From: Myxococcota bacterium
Lineage (GTDB): Bacteria > Myxococcota_A > UBA796 > SXON01
Direction: 5' to 3'
Assembly: GCA_040386535.1 (NCBI GenBank)
Contig: JAZKFH010000014.1
Coordinates: 1 to 57,428 of the forward strand
Length of the DNA stretch: 57,428 nucleotides
The translations under genes and the position numbers were made by a program. Below the pieces are notes generated by a model, which was not told where the DNA came from, made no database searches, and was given only the letters and a program-made list of their open reading frames with translations. Below are positions 19,253 to 28,499 of the stretch, in pieces (the first letter of the stretch is position 1; each line of letters begins with the position of its first letter).

Positions 19253-19632
19253 TGCAACCACCCCCGCTGAGTCGGCGCGAGCGCGAGATCATGGACCTCC
19301 TCTACGGCGCGGAGGGCCTCACCGCCGCGGAGGTGCGGGAGCGGATGACCGATCCGCCCGGGTATTCCGCGGTGCGCGCCCTGCTGCGGATCCTGGAGGA
19401 GAAGGGCCACGTCCGGCACGAGGAGCGCGGGCCGCGGTACGTGTTCTCGCCCGTCGTGTCGCGGGCCACGGCGCGGCGGTCGGCGATGCAGGCGCTCGTG
19501 GAGACCTTCTTCGGCGGCTCGCCCGAGGAAGCCGTGGCGGCGCTGATCGACGAGTCGCGCGCGACGTTGAGCGACGCCGAGCTGGATCGGTTGGCCGGCC
19601 TCATCGCCGCCGCCAAGCACGAGGGCCGGTGA
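19252..19632 (+). CDS. BlaI/MecI/CopY family repressor
   Basis: LSRREREIMD, YSAVRALLRILEEKGHV, TFFGGS. Confidence 0.93.
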   Translation: MQPPPLSRREREIMDLLYGAEGLTAAEVRERMTDPPGYSAVRALLRILEEKGHVRHEERGPRYVFSPVVSRATARRSAMQALVETFFGGSPEEAVAALIDESRATLSDAELDRLAGLIAAAKHEGR

Positions 19633-21128
19633 TGGGCCCCGCGCTCGCGGCGTTCGTCCCGACGGCGGCGGGGATGGCGTGGCTGCTCTCGGCGTCCGTC
19701 AAGGCGGCGCTCGTGCTGGCGGCCGCGTGGGTCGGCGCCATGCTCTTGCGGCGGAGCACGGCGGCCGCACGGCACCAGGTCTGGGCGCTCGGCGTGGCCG
19801 GGGCCCTCGTGCTGCCCCTCCTCTGCTGGGCCTTGCCCTCGGTGCCGCTGTCGCTGGGGACCCCGACCAGCGGCGCGGGCCGCTCCCTCCTCGCGACGGC
19901 CGTGCTCCTGACGGGTGACGGCCTGACGGGTGACGGCCTGACGGGTGACGGCCTGACCGCCGATGGCACCCCCCGGGCCTTGCCGGCGTGGCCGGCGTGG
20001 CTCGCCCTCACCTGGGCGTCGGGAGCGCTGCTGGTGTCGCTCCGGTTCCTGCGTGGGTACCTCGCCGCGGGCCGTCTGTGGCGCGCCGCCGCGCCTGCCA
20101 ACGTGGAGGCCTGGATGTCGGCTCGTCGCGACGCCGCCGCCGCGCTGGGCATCTCCCGCGACGTCGCGCTCGGCCGCAGCGAGGCCATCGGGTCGCCGAT
20201 GACCATCGGCGTGTTGCGCCCCCGGGTGCTCCTGCCCGCCGCGGCCGACGACTGGTCGCCCCCGCGCCTGCGCGCCGTGCTGCTGCACGAGCTCGGACAC
20301 GTGCGGCGTCACGACACCCTCATCCAACTCGGCGCCCAGGTCGGGTGCGCCCTCTATTGGTGGAACCCGCTCATCTGGTTGGCGGCCGCGCGGCTGCGGG
20401 TCGAGCGCGAGCACGCCTGCGACGACCTGGTGCTCGGCGCCGGGATCCGGCCCTCGAGCTACGCGGCCGATCTGTTGGAGCTGGCGCGACGGTTCTCCAC
20501 CGATGGGGCGGCCAACACCGGCGTGGTCTGCATGGCCGATCCCTCGGGCACGGAGGCGCGCCTGCGCCGCATCCTCGACGCGGCGGCGCCACGCCGGCCG
20601 CTCGGCGCTTCGTTCCAATTGGGAGTGCGCGGCGCCACGTTGGCATTTTCCGTGACGCTCGCCTGCACCTCGGCAGCGCCGCTGGCCGGTGCCACCCCCT
20701 CCGAAGCGTCACGCGGCACCAGCGCGCCCGCTACATCCTCCTCCGGATTGGACTGGGAGGGCAACCCCACTTCCCACACGTACCGTGCCACGAGCGCGGC
20801 CTCCGATTCGCGCTTCTCGGCGGAGTTGGATCGCCGCATGGGCGCCCTGAAGCAGTGCTACGACCGCCGGCTCCTCGTCCATCCCGAGCTCTCGGGCGTG
20901 GTGATCACCCACTGGACCATCGAGCCCTCCGGCAAGGTCCCCGAGAGTTGTGTCACCGAGGACTCGGTCGGCGACGCAGAGCTCGCCGCCTGCGTGCAGA
21001 AGATGGTCCAGATGGCGTGGCCCGCGCCGAGCTACGGCCCCATCGAGGTCTCGCTGCCGTTCGTCTTCTCGCCCTTCCGCGGCCCGACCGTGGGTGGGCC
21101 GGAGTACGGGGCGAACAAGCCACGCTGA
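19629..21128 (+). CDS. BlaR1-like M56 metallopeptidase with C-terminal AgmX/PglI (TonB-C-like) domain
   Basis: LLHELGHVRR, WWNPL, REHACDD; C-terminal LKQCY..L.G...W.I...G..C..PFVF; (LTGDG)x4 15-bp repeat at 19908-19967. Confidence 0.9.
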   Translation: MMGPALAAFVPTAAGMAWLLSASVKAALVLAAAWVGAMLLRRSTAAARHQVWALGVAGALVLPLLCWALPSVPLSLGTPTSGAGRSLLATAVLLTGDGLTGDGLTGDGLTADGTPRALPAWPAWLALTWASGALLVSLRFLRGYLAAGRLWRAAAPANVEAWMSARRDAAAALGISRDVALGRSEAIGSPMTIGVLRPRVLLPAAADDWSPPRLRAVLLHELGHVRRHDTLIQLGAQVGCALYWWNPLIWLAAARLRVEREHACDDLVLGAGIRPSSYAADLLELARRFSTDGAANTGVVCMADPSGTEARLRRILDAAAPRRPLGASFQLGVRGATLAFSVTLACTSAAPLAGATPSEASRGTSAPATSSSGLDWEGNPTSHTYRATSAASDSRFSAELDRRMGALKQCYDRRLLVHPELSGVVITHWTIEPSGKVPESCVTEDSVGDAELAACVQKMVQMAWPAPSYGPIEVSLPFVFSPFRGPTVGGPEYGANKPR

Positions 21129-21145
21129 GCACGCGCGTGCCCTCG

Positions 21146-22210
21146 TCAGTACTTGACCGGAAACCCCCACGGATCGCCCGGAATGTCATCCACTCGGTAC
21201 GCGAGCACCTGCGCCGCTGCCTGCCGGAGCTTCTCCCGCTCGGCGTCGGTCGTCCCACCCGCGAGCTCGGCGAGCAGCCCGTCGGCGAGCACCACCTGCG
21301 CCCGGAGCGCCGAGAGCAGCGACTCGCGCCACAGGCGGCCCGCCTCGCCGCGTAGCGCCTGGTGGGCGGCCACCGGGAGCTCGTGGACCCAGCAGGCAGT
21401 CTTTGCGATGCAAGACGCGTTGCGACGCTCCCCGAGGAGCAGGGAGCCCGTCCCGAAGACCGCGCCGCGCTCCAGCGTGGCGAGCGTGCTCGCCTTCCCG
21501 CCGTAGATCTCCCGCAGCACGTCGAGCGTTCCTTCGGTCAGCACGAACGCGCTGTCTCCCGTGTCGCCCTCCAGGAAGACCGGGTCCCCCTCCTCCACCC
21601 GCCGAGGCGTCAGCGCCGCCGCGAGGATGGTGAGCGCGTCCGCCGGGGCGTCCTTCAGCCGCGGCAGCCGCCGGAGCTGGGTGAAGATGCCGGGCGGCGT
21701 CTCGTTCTCGGGGCCCCGGAACGCGCGAAACACGCGCTCGAGCGCGAGCGGCACGATCCGAATCGGCGCGTCGACCCCCGCGGTGCTGGCGGCGGAGATG
21801 CGGCGGTCGGCATCGCGGACCCGGCGGGCCATCGCCTCGAGCGCGCTCTGCAGCAGCGGATCGTAGACGTGGGGATGCGACGCGCGGAGCGGCGCGAGCG
21901 CGGCGCGGGCGAGCACGAGGACCCGGGTGGGGGCGGTCACCGTCACGGTCGCCACGCGGGGCTCGCCGAAGAACGCCGAGGTTTCGCCGACGAGCTCGCC
22001 GGGCCCGATCCGCCCGACCTCTCGCACGCCGACGCGTACGGCCAGCGCGCCGTCCACGACGATGGCGAGCGCCTCGGCCGGCTCGCCCTCGTACCAGAGG
22101 GTCCCGCCGCCGAGGACGCTGCGGAGTTGGAACAACGGCGCCGCGTCGGCGAGGAGATGGAGGCCGACGCCGGCGAACAGGGGCTGGCGCTGGAGGAGTT
22201 CGGGGATCAT
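21146..22210 (-). CDS. Tandem cyclic-nucleotide-binding domain protein
   Basis: Two cNMP domains: EGEPA..G..VGE..PRVATV and EGDTG..G..FG..RRNASC. Confidence 0.85.
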   Translation of the reverse strand: MIPELLQRQPLFAGVGLHLLADAAPLFQLRSVLGGGTLWYEGEPAEALAIVVDGALAVRVGVREVGRIGPGELVGETSAFFGEPRVATVTVTAPTRVLVLARAALAPLRASHPHVYDPLLQSALEAMARRVRDADRRISAASTAGVDAPIRIVPLALERVFRAFRGPENETPPGIFTQLRRLPRLKDAPADALTILAAALTPRRVEEGDPVFLEGDTGDSAFVLTEGTLDVLREIYGGKASTLATLERGAVFGTGSLLLGERRNASCIAKTACWVHELPVAAHQALRGEAGRLWRESLLSALRAQVVLADGLLAELAGGTTDAEREKLRQAAAQVLAYRVDDIPGDPWGFPVKY

Positions 22211-22294
22211 GGTCGCCGGTAGTAGCACGCGCCGCGCGTGGCGGGCCCCGGCGTAGCCACCCGCCGAGGCCGAGGCGTGCGGTAGACTCGATGC

Positions 22295-24523
22295 ATGCCC
22301 GCTCGCCCCGCGTTCGTCCCCCTCCTCCTCCTGGCCGCCTCCTGCCACCCGCCCGTGGAGGACCTCGACGTGGAGGCCTGGTCCAACCAGTGCGTGTCGT
22401 TGCGGGTGGACGGGAAGTGGCTCGTGGGCGCGGAGAGCACCTACGCGTGGCACCCGGGCGCGGAGGCGGAGGCCGCGCGGTTCCGCCTCCAGGCCGCCGA
22501 CCTCGGTACCTACCTGCTCTACGACACCGACGCCCACTACCTCGTCGCCGAGTCCGACATCGTCACGCGCGAGGCCTCGCTCGAGTCCGACATGACCCGC
22601 ATCGAAGGCGGCGTGATCGACGACGCATACGTGTCGGGCGGGGAGTGGGCGCTGGAGCCCTCGTGGAAGGGCGGCCCCCGCTACCAGCTCCGGAGTCGTC
22701 GGAACGGGACGTTGCTCGGAAAGGTAGGCCTGGGGCCCGACGAGCGCGCCCTCGCCATCACGCTCGAGCCCGCCGAGGGCTGCGCCACCTTCCCCGAGCT
22801 CTCGGTCGATGCCAGCGGCACGATCGCCCGCACGACCTTCGATGACGGCACCCTCTACGGCATCGCCGACGCCCACTCCCACGTCTTGTCCAACTTCGGC
22901 TTCGGCGGCGGCGGCCTCTTCCACGGGGGCGCCTTCCATCGCCTCGGCGTGGAGCACGCCCTGCCCGACTGCGCGCCCTTCCACGGCGAGGCCGGCCGGC
23001 GGGACTTGTTCGGCTACGCGTTCGACGCCTCCGGAAACAACTCGGCCGACCTCGCGTCGATGGTGGACGAGCTGATCGCCGGCGAGCTCTCGGAGGACAA
23101 CCACCTCACCGCCGGGTACCCCGACTTCCCCGATTGGCCGGACGCCGGGCACCGTGCCACCCACCAGGCGCAGTACCACCGTTGGTTGGAGCGCTCGTGG
23201 ATGGCAGGCCTGCGCCTCGTCGTCCAACATGCCACGACCAACTCGATCATCTGCAACTTCACCGTCGGCGACGACATCCAGCCCAGCCGCTACGACTGCG
23301 AGGACATGACCTCGGTCGACCGGATCATCGACGAGTCCTGGGCGATGCAACGTTACATCGACGCGCAGTCCGGCGGCGAGGGCAAGGGTTGGTTCCGCGT
23401 GGTGCAGACGCCGGCCGAGGCGCGCGAGGTGATCGAGGCCGGAAAGATGGCGGTGGTGCTGGGCATCGAGGCCTCCGACCTGTTCCGCTGCACCCTCACG
23501 CCGCGGCCGGGCGGGCCGGTGTGTGACGAGGCCTATGTGGAGGCGCAGCTCGACGAGTACCACGCGCGCGGCGTGCGCGCGGTCTTCCCCAACCACAAGT
23601 ACGACAACCGCTTCTCCCCAGGCGACGGCGCCGGCGACTTCATCGAGCTCGGCAACTTCTTCAACAGCGGCCACTGGACCAACAAGACGCAGGACTGCCC
23701 CGACGACGGGATGCCCGCGGGCTTCGACGGCGGCAGCGTCAGCTTCGGCGGGCTCGCGGAAGCGCGCGAAGCGTACCTCTCGGAGCCGCCGAACGACTTC
23801 AGCAAGTTTCCCGACGACCCCCTGGATACCGCGATCCAATACGTGGCACAAATCCTGGAGGGCCCGCTCGAGGGACGTTGGTGCCAGAACGCAACACTCA
23901 CCAACGTCGGCGAGGCGTTGTTCGCCGGGCTCATGGCGCGGGGCATGATCATCGAGGTGGATCACCTGCCGATGTGGTCCTACCGACGCGCGTTCGAGAT
24001 CCTCGAGGCCAACGACTACCCCGCGGCGGGCACCCACGGCCGCGACTGGGACGGCCGCATCTACGCCGGCGGCGGCATCTCGACGGTCAACCTCGGGCGC
24101 TGCCAGGACCCGGCGAACCCGGGCTCCACCCTGCGGAGCGTGCTCGACGAGGCCGCGCTCATCGCGCTGAACGGCGGCTACCCCGGCACGCCGTTCGGCT
24201 TCGATCTCAACGGTTTTGCAGGCGCGCCCGGGCCCCGCTTCACCGAAGGTGCCTGCCCAGTCGCGCAGCAGGACCCCGTCACCTACCCGTTCACCTCCTA
24301 CGCGGGCGATGTCACGTTCACCGAACCCCGGCTGGGAACCCGCACCGTCGACTTCAACACGGAGGGGATGGTGCACATCGGGCTGTTGCCCGAGCTGATC
24401 GAGGACGCCCGTCACGATGCCGAGTCGGACGCCGACCTCGAGCCCCTCTTCCGCTCGGCCGAGGCTTGGATCCGCATGTGGGAGAAAGCGGAGGCCCGTG
24501 CCGCCGACTTGGGCGCGCGGTGA
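22295..24523 (+). CDS. Lipoprotein amidohydrolase (membrane dipeptidase M19 / sphingolipid ceramide N-deacylase-like)
   Basis: LLLAASC lipobox; IADAHSH, WLERSWMAGLRL, AVVLGIE, EVDH, GFDLNG, HIGLLP..IED. Confidence 0.8.
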   Translation: MPARPAFVPLLLLAASCHPPVEDLDVEAWSNQCVSLRVDGKWLVGAESTYAWHPGAEAEAARFRLQAADLGTYLLYDTDAHYLVAESDIVTREASLESDMTRIEGGVIDDAYVSGGEWALEPSWKGGPRYQLRSRRNGTLLGKVGLGPDERALAITLEPAEGCATFPELSVDASGTIARTTFDDGTLYGIADAHSHVLSNFGFGGGGLFHGGAFHRLGVEHALPDCAPFHGEAGRRDLFGYAFDASGNNSADLASMVDELIAGELSEDNHLTAGYPDFPDWPDAGHRATHQAQYHRWLERSWMAGLRLVVQHATTNSIICNFTVGDDIQPSRYDCEDMTSVDRIIDESWAMQRYIDAQSGGEGKGWFRVVQTPAEAREVIEAGKMAVVLGIEASDLFRCTLTPRPGGPVCDEAYVEAQLDEYHARGVRAVFPNHKYDNRFSPGDGAGDFIELGNFFNSGHWTNKTQDCPDDGMPAGFDGGSVSFGGLAEAREAYLSEPPNDFSKFPDDPLDTAIQYVAQILEGPLEGRWCQNATLTNVGEALFAGLMARGMIIEVDHLPMWSYRRAFEILEANDYPAAGTHGRDWDGRIYAGGGISTVNLGRCQDPANPGSTLRSVLDEAALIALNGGYPGTPFGFDLNGFAGAPGPRFTEGACPVAQQDPVTYPFTSYAGDVTFTEPRLGTRTVDFNTEGMVHIGLLPELIEDARHDAESDADLEPLFRSAEAWIRMWEKAEARAADLGAR

Positions 24524-24526
24524 CGT

Positions 24527-25183
24527 TCAGGGTAGCGATACGACGGCGCCAGGTCTGGCCGCAGCCGTAGCACCGTCCGTGTCGCCCTCGGGCGCATCCC
24601 CCACTTCCGGCGTCGGCGGCTCCGCCTTCACCTCACGCGCCTGCCGCTCCAGCCCGAACAGGTACAGGGCGAGCACGGCAATGACGACCGCCGTGGAGAT
24701 CGACTCCTCGTAGTGCAATCCCTCGGCGCCGAGGGCCCGGCCGACGATGTCGGAGGCGAGGATCGCGACGAGGAGCGCGGTCGTCAGCGCCTTGATCGAC
24801 AGCAGATCCGCCTTGCTCTGGCGGTCGTCGCGGCTCTCCTTCGAGTCGCGGATGTAGCGCCCGAGGCTCACCGGGATGAGGAACGGCAGCGGCGCGAGGA
24901 ACAGGAGCTCCAGGCCTCGGATGCACGCCTCCAGCAACCGCGCGGAGGGGTCGTCCTCCGCGTGCGCGATGTCCGAATGGGTCACCCCGACAAAATCGAG
25001 CACCCCGGACACCATCCCGAACAGCCCGATCGCGAGCAGCGACATGGTGAGCAGCGCGCCGACGATCGACGCCAGGCTCGTCGCGATCACGAGCACCAGC
25101 CGCATCTTTCCGTACACGGTGGCGCGATCGTCCCGAGGGGCCGTTCGCGGCGGAGTCGAGCTCGGTGGCAGGCCCATCGTCAT
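24527..25183 (-). CDS. Membrane protein of unknown function (~4 TM)
   Basis: Four hydrophobic segments; start uncertain. Confidence 0.65.
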   Translation of the reverse strand: MTMGLPPSSTPPRTAPRDDRATVYGKMRLVLVIATSLASIVGALLTMSLLAIGLFGMVSGVLDFVGVTHSDIAHAEDDPSARLLEACIRGLELLFLAPLPFLIPVSLGRYIRDSKESRDDRQSKADLLSIKALTTALLVAILASDIVGRALGAEGLHYEESISTAVVIAVLALYLFGLERQAREVKAEPPTPEVGDAPEGDTDGATAAARPGAVVSLP

Positions 25184-25283
25184 GGGGTAAGCCAAACGCA
25201 CGAGCGTGTCACCGGGCGAGCCCGTCGAGGCGCCGTCGACCGCGTCCTGGTGGCGTGGGGGCATACTCGCCAGGGAGGTCAGA

Positions 25284-27443
25284 ATGAAACGCGCGCTCCA
25301 GGTGCTCGGCGGTACCCTCCTCGGGCTCGTGCTCGCGGAGGGGATGTTCCGCGTCGCGGACGAAGGCGCGTTCGCGCACGTGAATTGCTACGTTCCGGAC
25401 GCGGACCTGGGCGTGCGGCTCGAGCCCGGCGCGTCGGAGCGGATCTCGTTCGGTGGCAACCCCGTCACCACCGCGCGCGTCAACGCGGAGGGCTACCGCG
25501 GCGCGGACTGGGGCCCGGCGCAGCAGGGCGAGGTCGTCGTCGTGGGCGACTCGCAGGTGTTCGGCCTCGGCGTCGAGGAGGACGAGACCGCCTCCGCGGT
25601 GCTGGCCACGAAGCTCGGCCGCCCCGTGCGCAACGCCGGCGTGCCGACCTACGGCCCCGCCGAGTACCTCGCGGTGATCGACGAGCTCCTGGCCGCGCGC
25701 AACGCCAGCACGGTGGTCCTCGTGCTGAACTTCTCGAACGATCTGTTCGAGAAGGACGTGCCGAACACGAAGCGCCACGCGGTGTGGGACGGCTGGGCGG
25801 TGCGCCTGGAGACGGCGCCGGCGGAGGTCACGGAGTTCCCGGGGCGGAAGTGGCTGATGTCGGAGTCGCACCTCGTGATGGCGGCCCGCCGCGCGTGGTG
25901 GACGCCGCCCAAGGCGTGGGGGCAGGGCGTCGCGTCGGAGGGGACGTGGGAGCAGATCGTGATGGCGGCTCCGGCGGCGGAGCCGGCGCCCTCCGCTTCA
26001 GTCGTCGCCGAGCCGGTCGTCGCCGAGCCGCAGGTGGCCGCGCAGGTGCAGGCGGCCTCGGCGGAGCGGGTGCGGGTGGAGCGCGAGCTCGTGGGCCTCT
26101 ACCGCGAAGTGCTGGTGGAGCTCGGGTACGACGCGGTGGAGGACCTCGCCGTGCGCGCGGCGGTCGAGCACGCCCATCCCGGCGACATCGTGTGGGAGGA
26201 GTATGGCGAGGGGGCCCGCATGATCCGGGTGACAGCGGCCCACCTGCGGGAGGGCGCGCGCATCCGCGGCGGGCTGGAGGGCCGCCTCGCGGCGTGGGTC
26301 GAGAAGCACCCGCGCGACCCCCGCGCGACCGAGATCCGCGCCGCGCTGGCCAGCCGCCCCTCGCTGGACGCCGAGCTCTCGGCGCTCGCCACGCGCGTGA
26401 CCGAGGAGATCGAGGGACGCTCGCCGCTGCTCGACGTCGTCGAGGCCGCGAAGGCGCGTTGCGACGCCGCGGGCGCCGAGCTCGTCGTGGTGGCGCTGCC
26501 GCTCGACGTGATGGTGTCCGACGTCGAGTGGGACAAGTACGGCGAGCCCCGGCCCGCGCCCGGCGGCCCTCTCGACATGACGGCCACGCGGGCGCTGCTC
26601 GCCGAGCTGGTCGAGGACACCACGCGCATGGGCGTGCGCGCCCTCGACGCGACCGCGGCCCTCGGCGCCGCCGAGCCCGGCGCGTTCCTGAACGCCGACC
26701 TGCACATGAGCCCGAAGGGCCAGGCCGCCCTGGGCGCCGCACTCGCCGACGTGATCGCGGCGCCCGCGCCGTTCGCCGTGCCGCGCGCGGGCCTGCCGCC
26801 GGGCCGCAGCCGGGTGCCGACCTGGGCCGAGCTCGAGCTCGCGACGGAGGTGACCGTGACGGGCTCGACGAAGAACCACTGCTCCACCCGGCGGCTCCGG
26901 GAGTGGCTCCTCGTGGACTGCACGACCCCGCCCGTGGTCGAGATCTTCGGCCGTCCACCGCCGGTCGCTCCGCCGCGGGGCGTCCGCGTCGTGTCGGGCG
27001 GGGAGGCCCTGGTCGGGCACGGCGCGGGCCACGGCGTCCTCGTCGTGCCGCTCGTGCCCGGACGCGGCGCGGAGGCCGACTTCACCTGGTCGAACCGCAC
27101 CGAGCGCCTGACGATCGCGTGGGAGGGCGACACGCCCGTCATGAGCTTCACGCCCGCGGAGACCGCGACCCCTACCGAGACCCCGGCGTGTGTCGCGGGC
27201 CTCGGCGCCAGCGCCCGACAGAGCTGGTTCGGCGACGTCACGCGGGGGTGCGCGTCGTCGTATCCGGACGACTGCACGCAGCAGCTCACCTGCGCCGCGG
27301 GCACGCGCTCGCCGCTGCCCACCTGCCCAGAGGGCCAGGTGAACGCGGGCGCGGCGGGGCACTGCTACGCCTTGTGTGACGTGGCGCGGCCGTGCGGGGG
27401 CGAAACGTGCACGGAGTGGCGGGGGGCGGGGGTGTGTCTGTGA
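25284..27443 (+). CDS. Membrane-anchored SGNH/GDSL hydrolase-like protein with Cys-rich C-terminus
   Basis: GGAGG SD; VGDSQVFG, NAGVPTYG, SND, DLHMSPKG (DxH). Confidence 0.82.
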   Translation: MKRALQVLGGTLLGLVLAEGMFRVADEGAFAHVNCYVPDADLGVRLEPGASERISFGGNPVTTARVNAEGYRGADWGPAQQGEVVVVGDSQVFGLGVEEDETASAVLATKLGRPVRNAGVPTYGPAEYLAVIDELLAARNASTVVLVLNFSNDLFEKDVPNTKRHAVWDGWAVRLETAPAEVTEFPGRKWLMSESHLVMAARRAWWTPPKAWGQGVASEGTWEQIVMAAPAAEPAPSASVVAEPVVAEPQVAAQVQAASAERVRVERELVGLYREVLVELGYDAVEDLAVRAAVEHAHPGDIVWEEYGEGARMIRVTAAHLREGARIRGGLEGRLAAWVEKHPRDPRATEIRAALASRPSLDAELSALATRVTEEIEGRSPLLDVVEAAKARCDAAGAELVVVALPLDVMVSDVEWDKYGEPRPAPGGPLDMTATRALLAELVEDTTRMGVRALDATAALGAAEPGAFLNADLHMSPKGQAALGAALADVIAAPAPFAVPRAGLPPGRSRVPTWAELELATEVTVTGSTKNHCSTRRLREWLLVDCTTPPVVEIFGRPPPVAPPRGVRVVSGGEALVGHGAGHGVLVVPLVPGRGAEADFTWSNRTERLTIAWEGDTPVMSFTPAETATPTETPACVAGLGASARQSWFGDVTRGCASSYPDDCTQQLTCAAGTRSPLPTCPEGQVNAGAAGHCYALCDVARPCGGETCTEWRGAGVCL

Positions 27444-27535
27444 GCTGGGGCTTCCCCGTCGAGGCGGCCGTCGGCGAGACACGCTGCGTCACCGCCGAGG
27501 AGATCGGCTACGCTGGCGTCACCCATGGGGCCTTC

Positions 27536-27802
27536 ATGTCCAACGCTCGCTTTTTCTCGACCATCGTTTGTACGGCCGTCGTCACCGCCACCCTCGTCGG
27601 GGGGCTCACCCTGGCGCGGCCTGTGCTTGCGGACACGCCACGGACCATGGAGTGCATGCCCCAACCAAGCCTGATGGCCGTACCGAAAGCCGTGGCCGCA
27701 CAACAAGCTTGGGCAAACGAGCAACTGGCGGCGGGCAAGTTGAACTTCGTCGCCATGCCCCTCCTGGCGAATCCGACGAGCATGGCGGTTTGCGCCTGGT
27801 AG
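27536..27802 (+). CDS. Small secreted hypothetical protein
   Basis: Signal-like N-terminus; two Cys; ends VCAW. Confidence 0.6.
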   Translation: MSNARFFSTIVCTAVVTATLVGGLTLARPVLADTPRTMECMPQPSLMAVPKAVAAQQAWANEQLAAGKLNFVAMPLLANPTSMAVCAW

Positions 27803-28499
27803 ACACGCATCCCGCGGCCCCTGGTCGTCGTGTCGGCCTCGCCGTGCTCGGGGAAGGGCGGCCCGGCGCCGCGGACGGCGCCGTCGGCCCCCTGCGGGCG
27901 CGCTTCGCTTGGTTCGGGGAGCCCGCCGCCTCGCGGCGTCGGCCTCCCCGGAACCGGGCGGCTGAGCCGCCCGCCCTTCGGTCGCCTGCCGCGGCCGCCG
28001 CGGCCGCCGCGCGAGGGCGTCCAGAGGGCGGGTGGGCCGCGTCCGTGTCGACAATCGCCCGAGACCCCGATGGCCCGCCCGGTCCGGCCCGCGCGCAGCG
28101 GGCCGACCGAGCCGCTTGCGGCGAGCCCGCCGGCCGCCCGACCCGGCGCTTCGCCGGGTCGCGCTCCTACGGTCTCGAACGGGCGTTCTCGTGCGCGAAG
28201 CACATTCCGCCCGTCCCGGCCTACTCCGCCGCCGGCACGTGTCGGTGGGTCACGCCGCGCGTGTCGACAGGAACGTTGTCGCCGCCCTGCTGGAGCCGCT
28301 CGCGCCCAGCCGCGGAGACCCCGCCGCCGTCGAGCCCCTGCTGCGCAGCGTGTGTGCGCTCGTCTCCGGCGCCGCGTGCGCGAGCGCGGTGCTGGACGCG
28401 GCGCTGCTGGCGGAGTGAGCGTGGCGTGAGAGATGGCTGAGAGGACACGGCCCGCGTCGTGGCAGGTACGGTGCCGGCCACCCCACCCACGAGGCCTCC

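Noticed and set aside
22211..24415. N-terminal extension of the cNMP ORF (21146..24415)
   Set aside because: Antisense shadow of the amidohydrolase gene; cNMP homology starts at 22210
28239..28418. Possible small ORF (VSVGH..ALLAE)
   Set aside because: No SD or recognisable motif; cannot be supported
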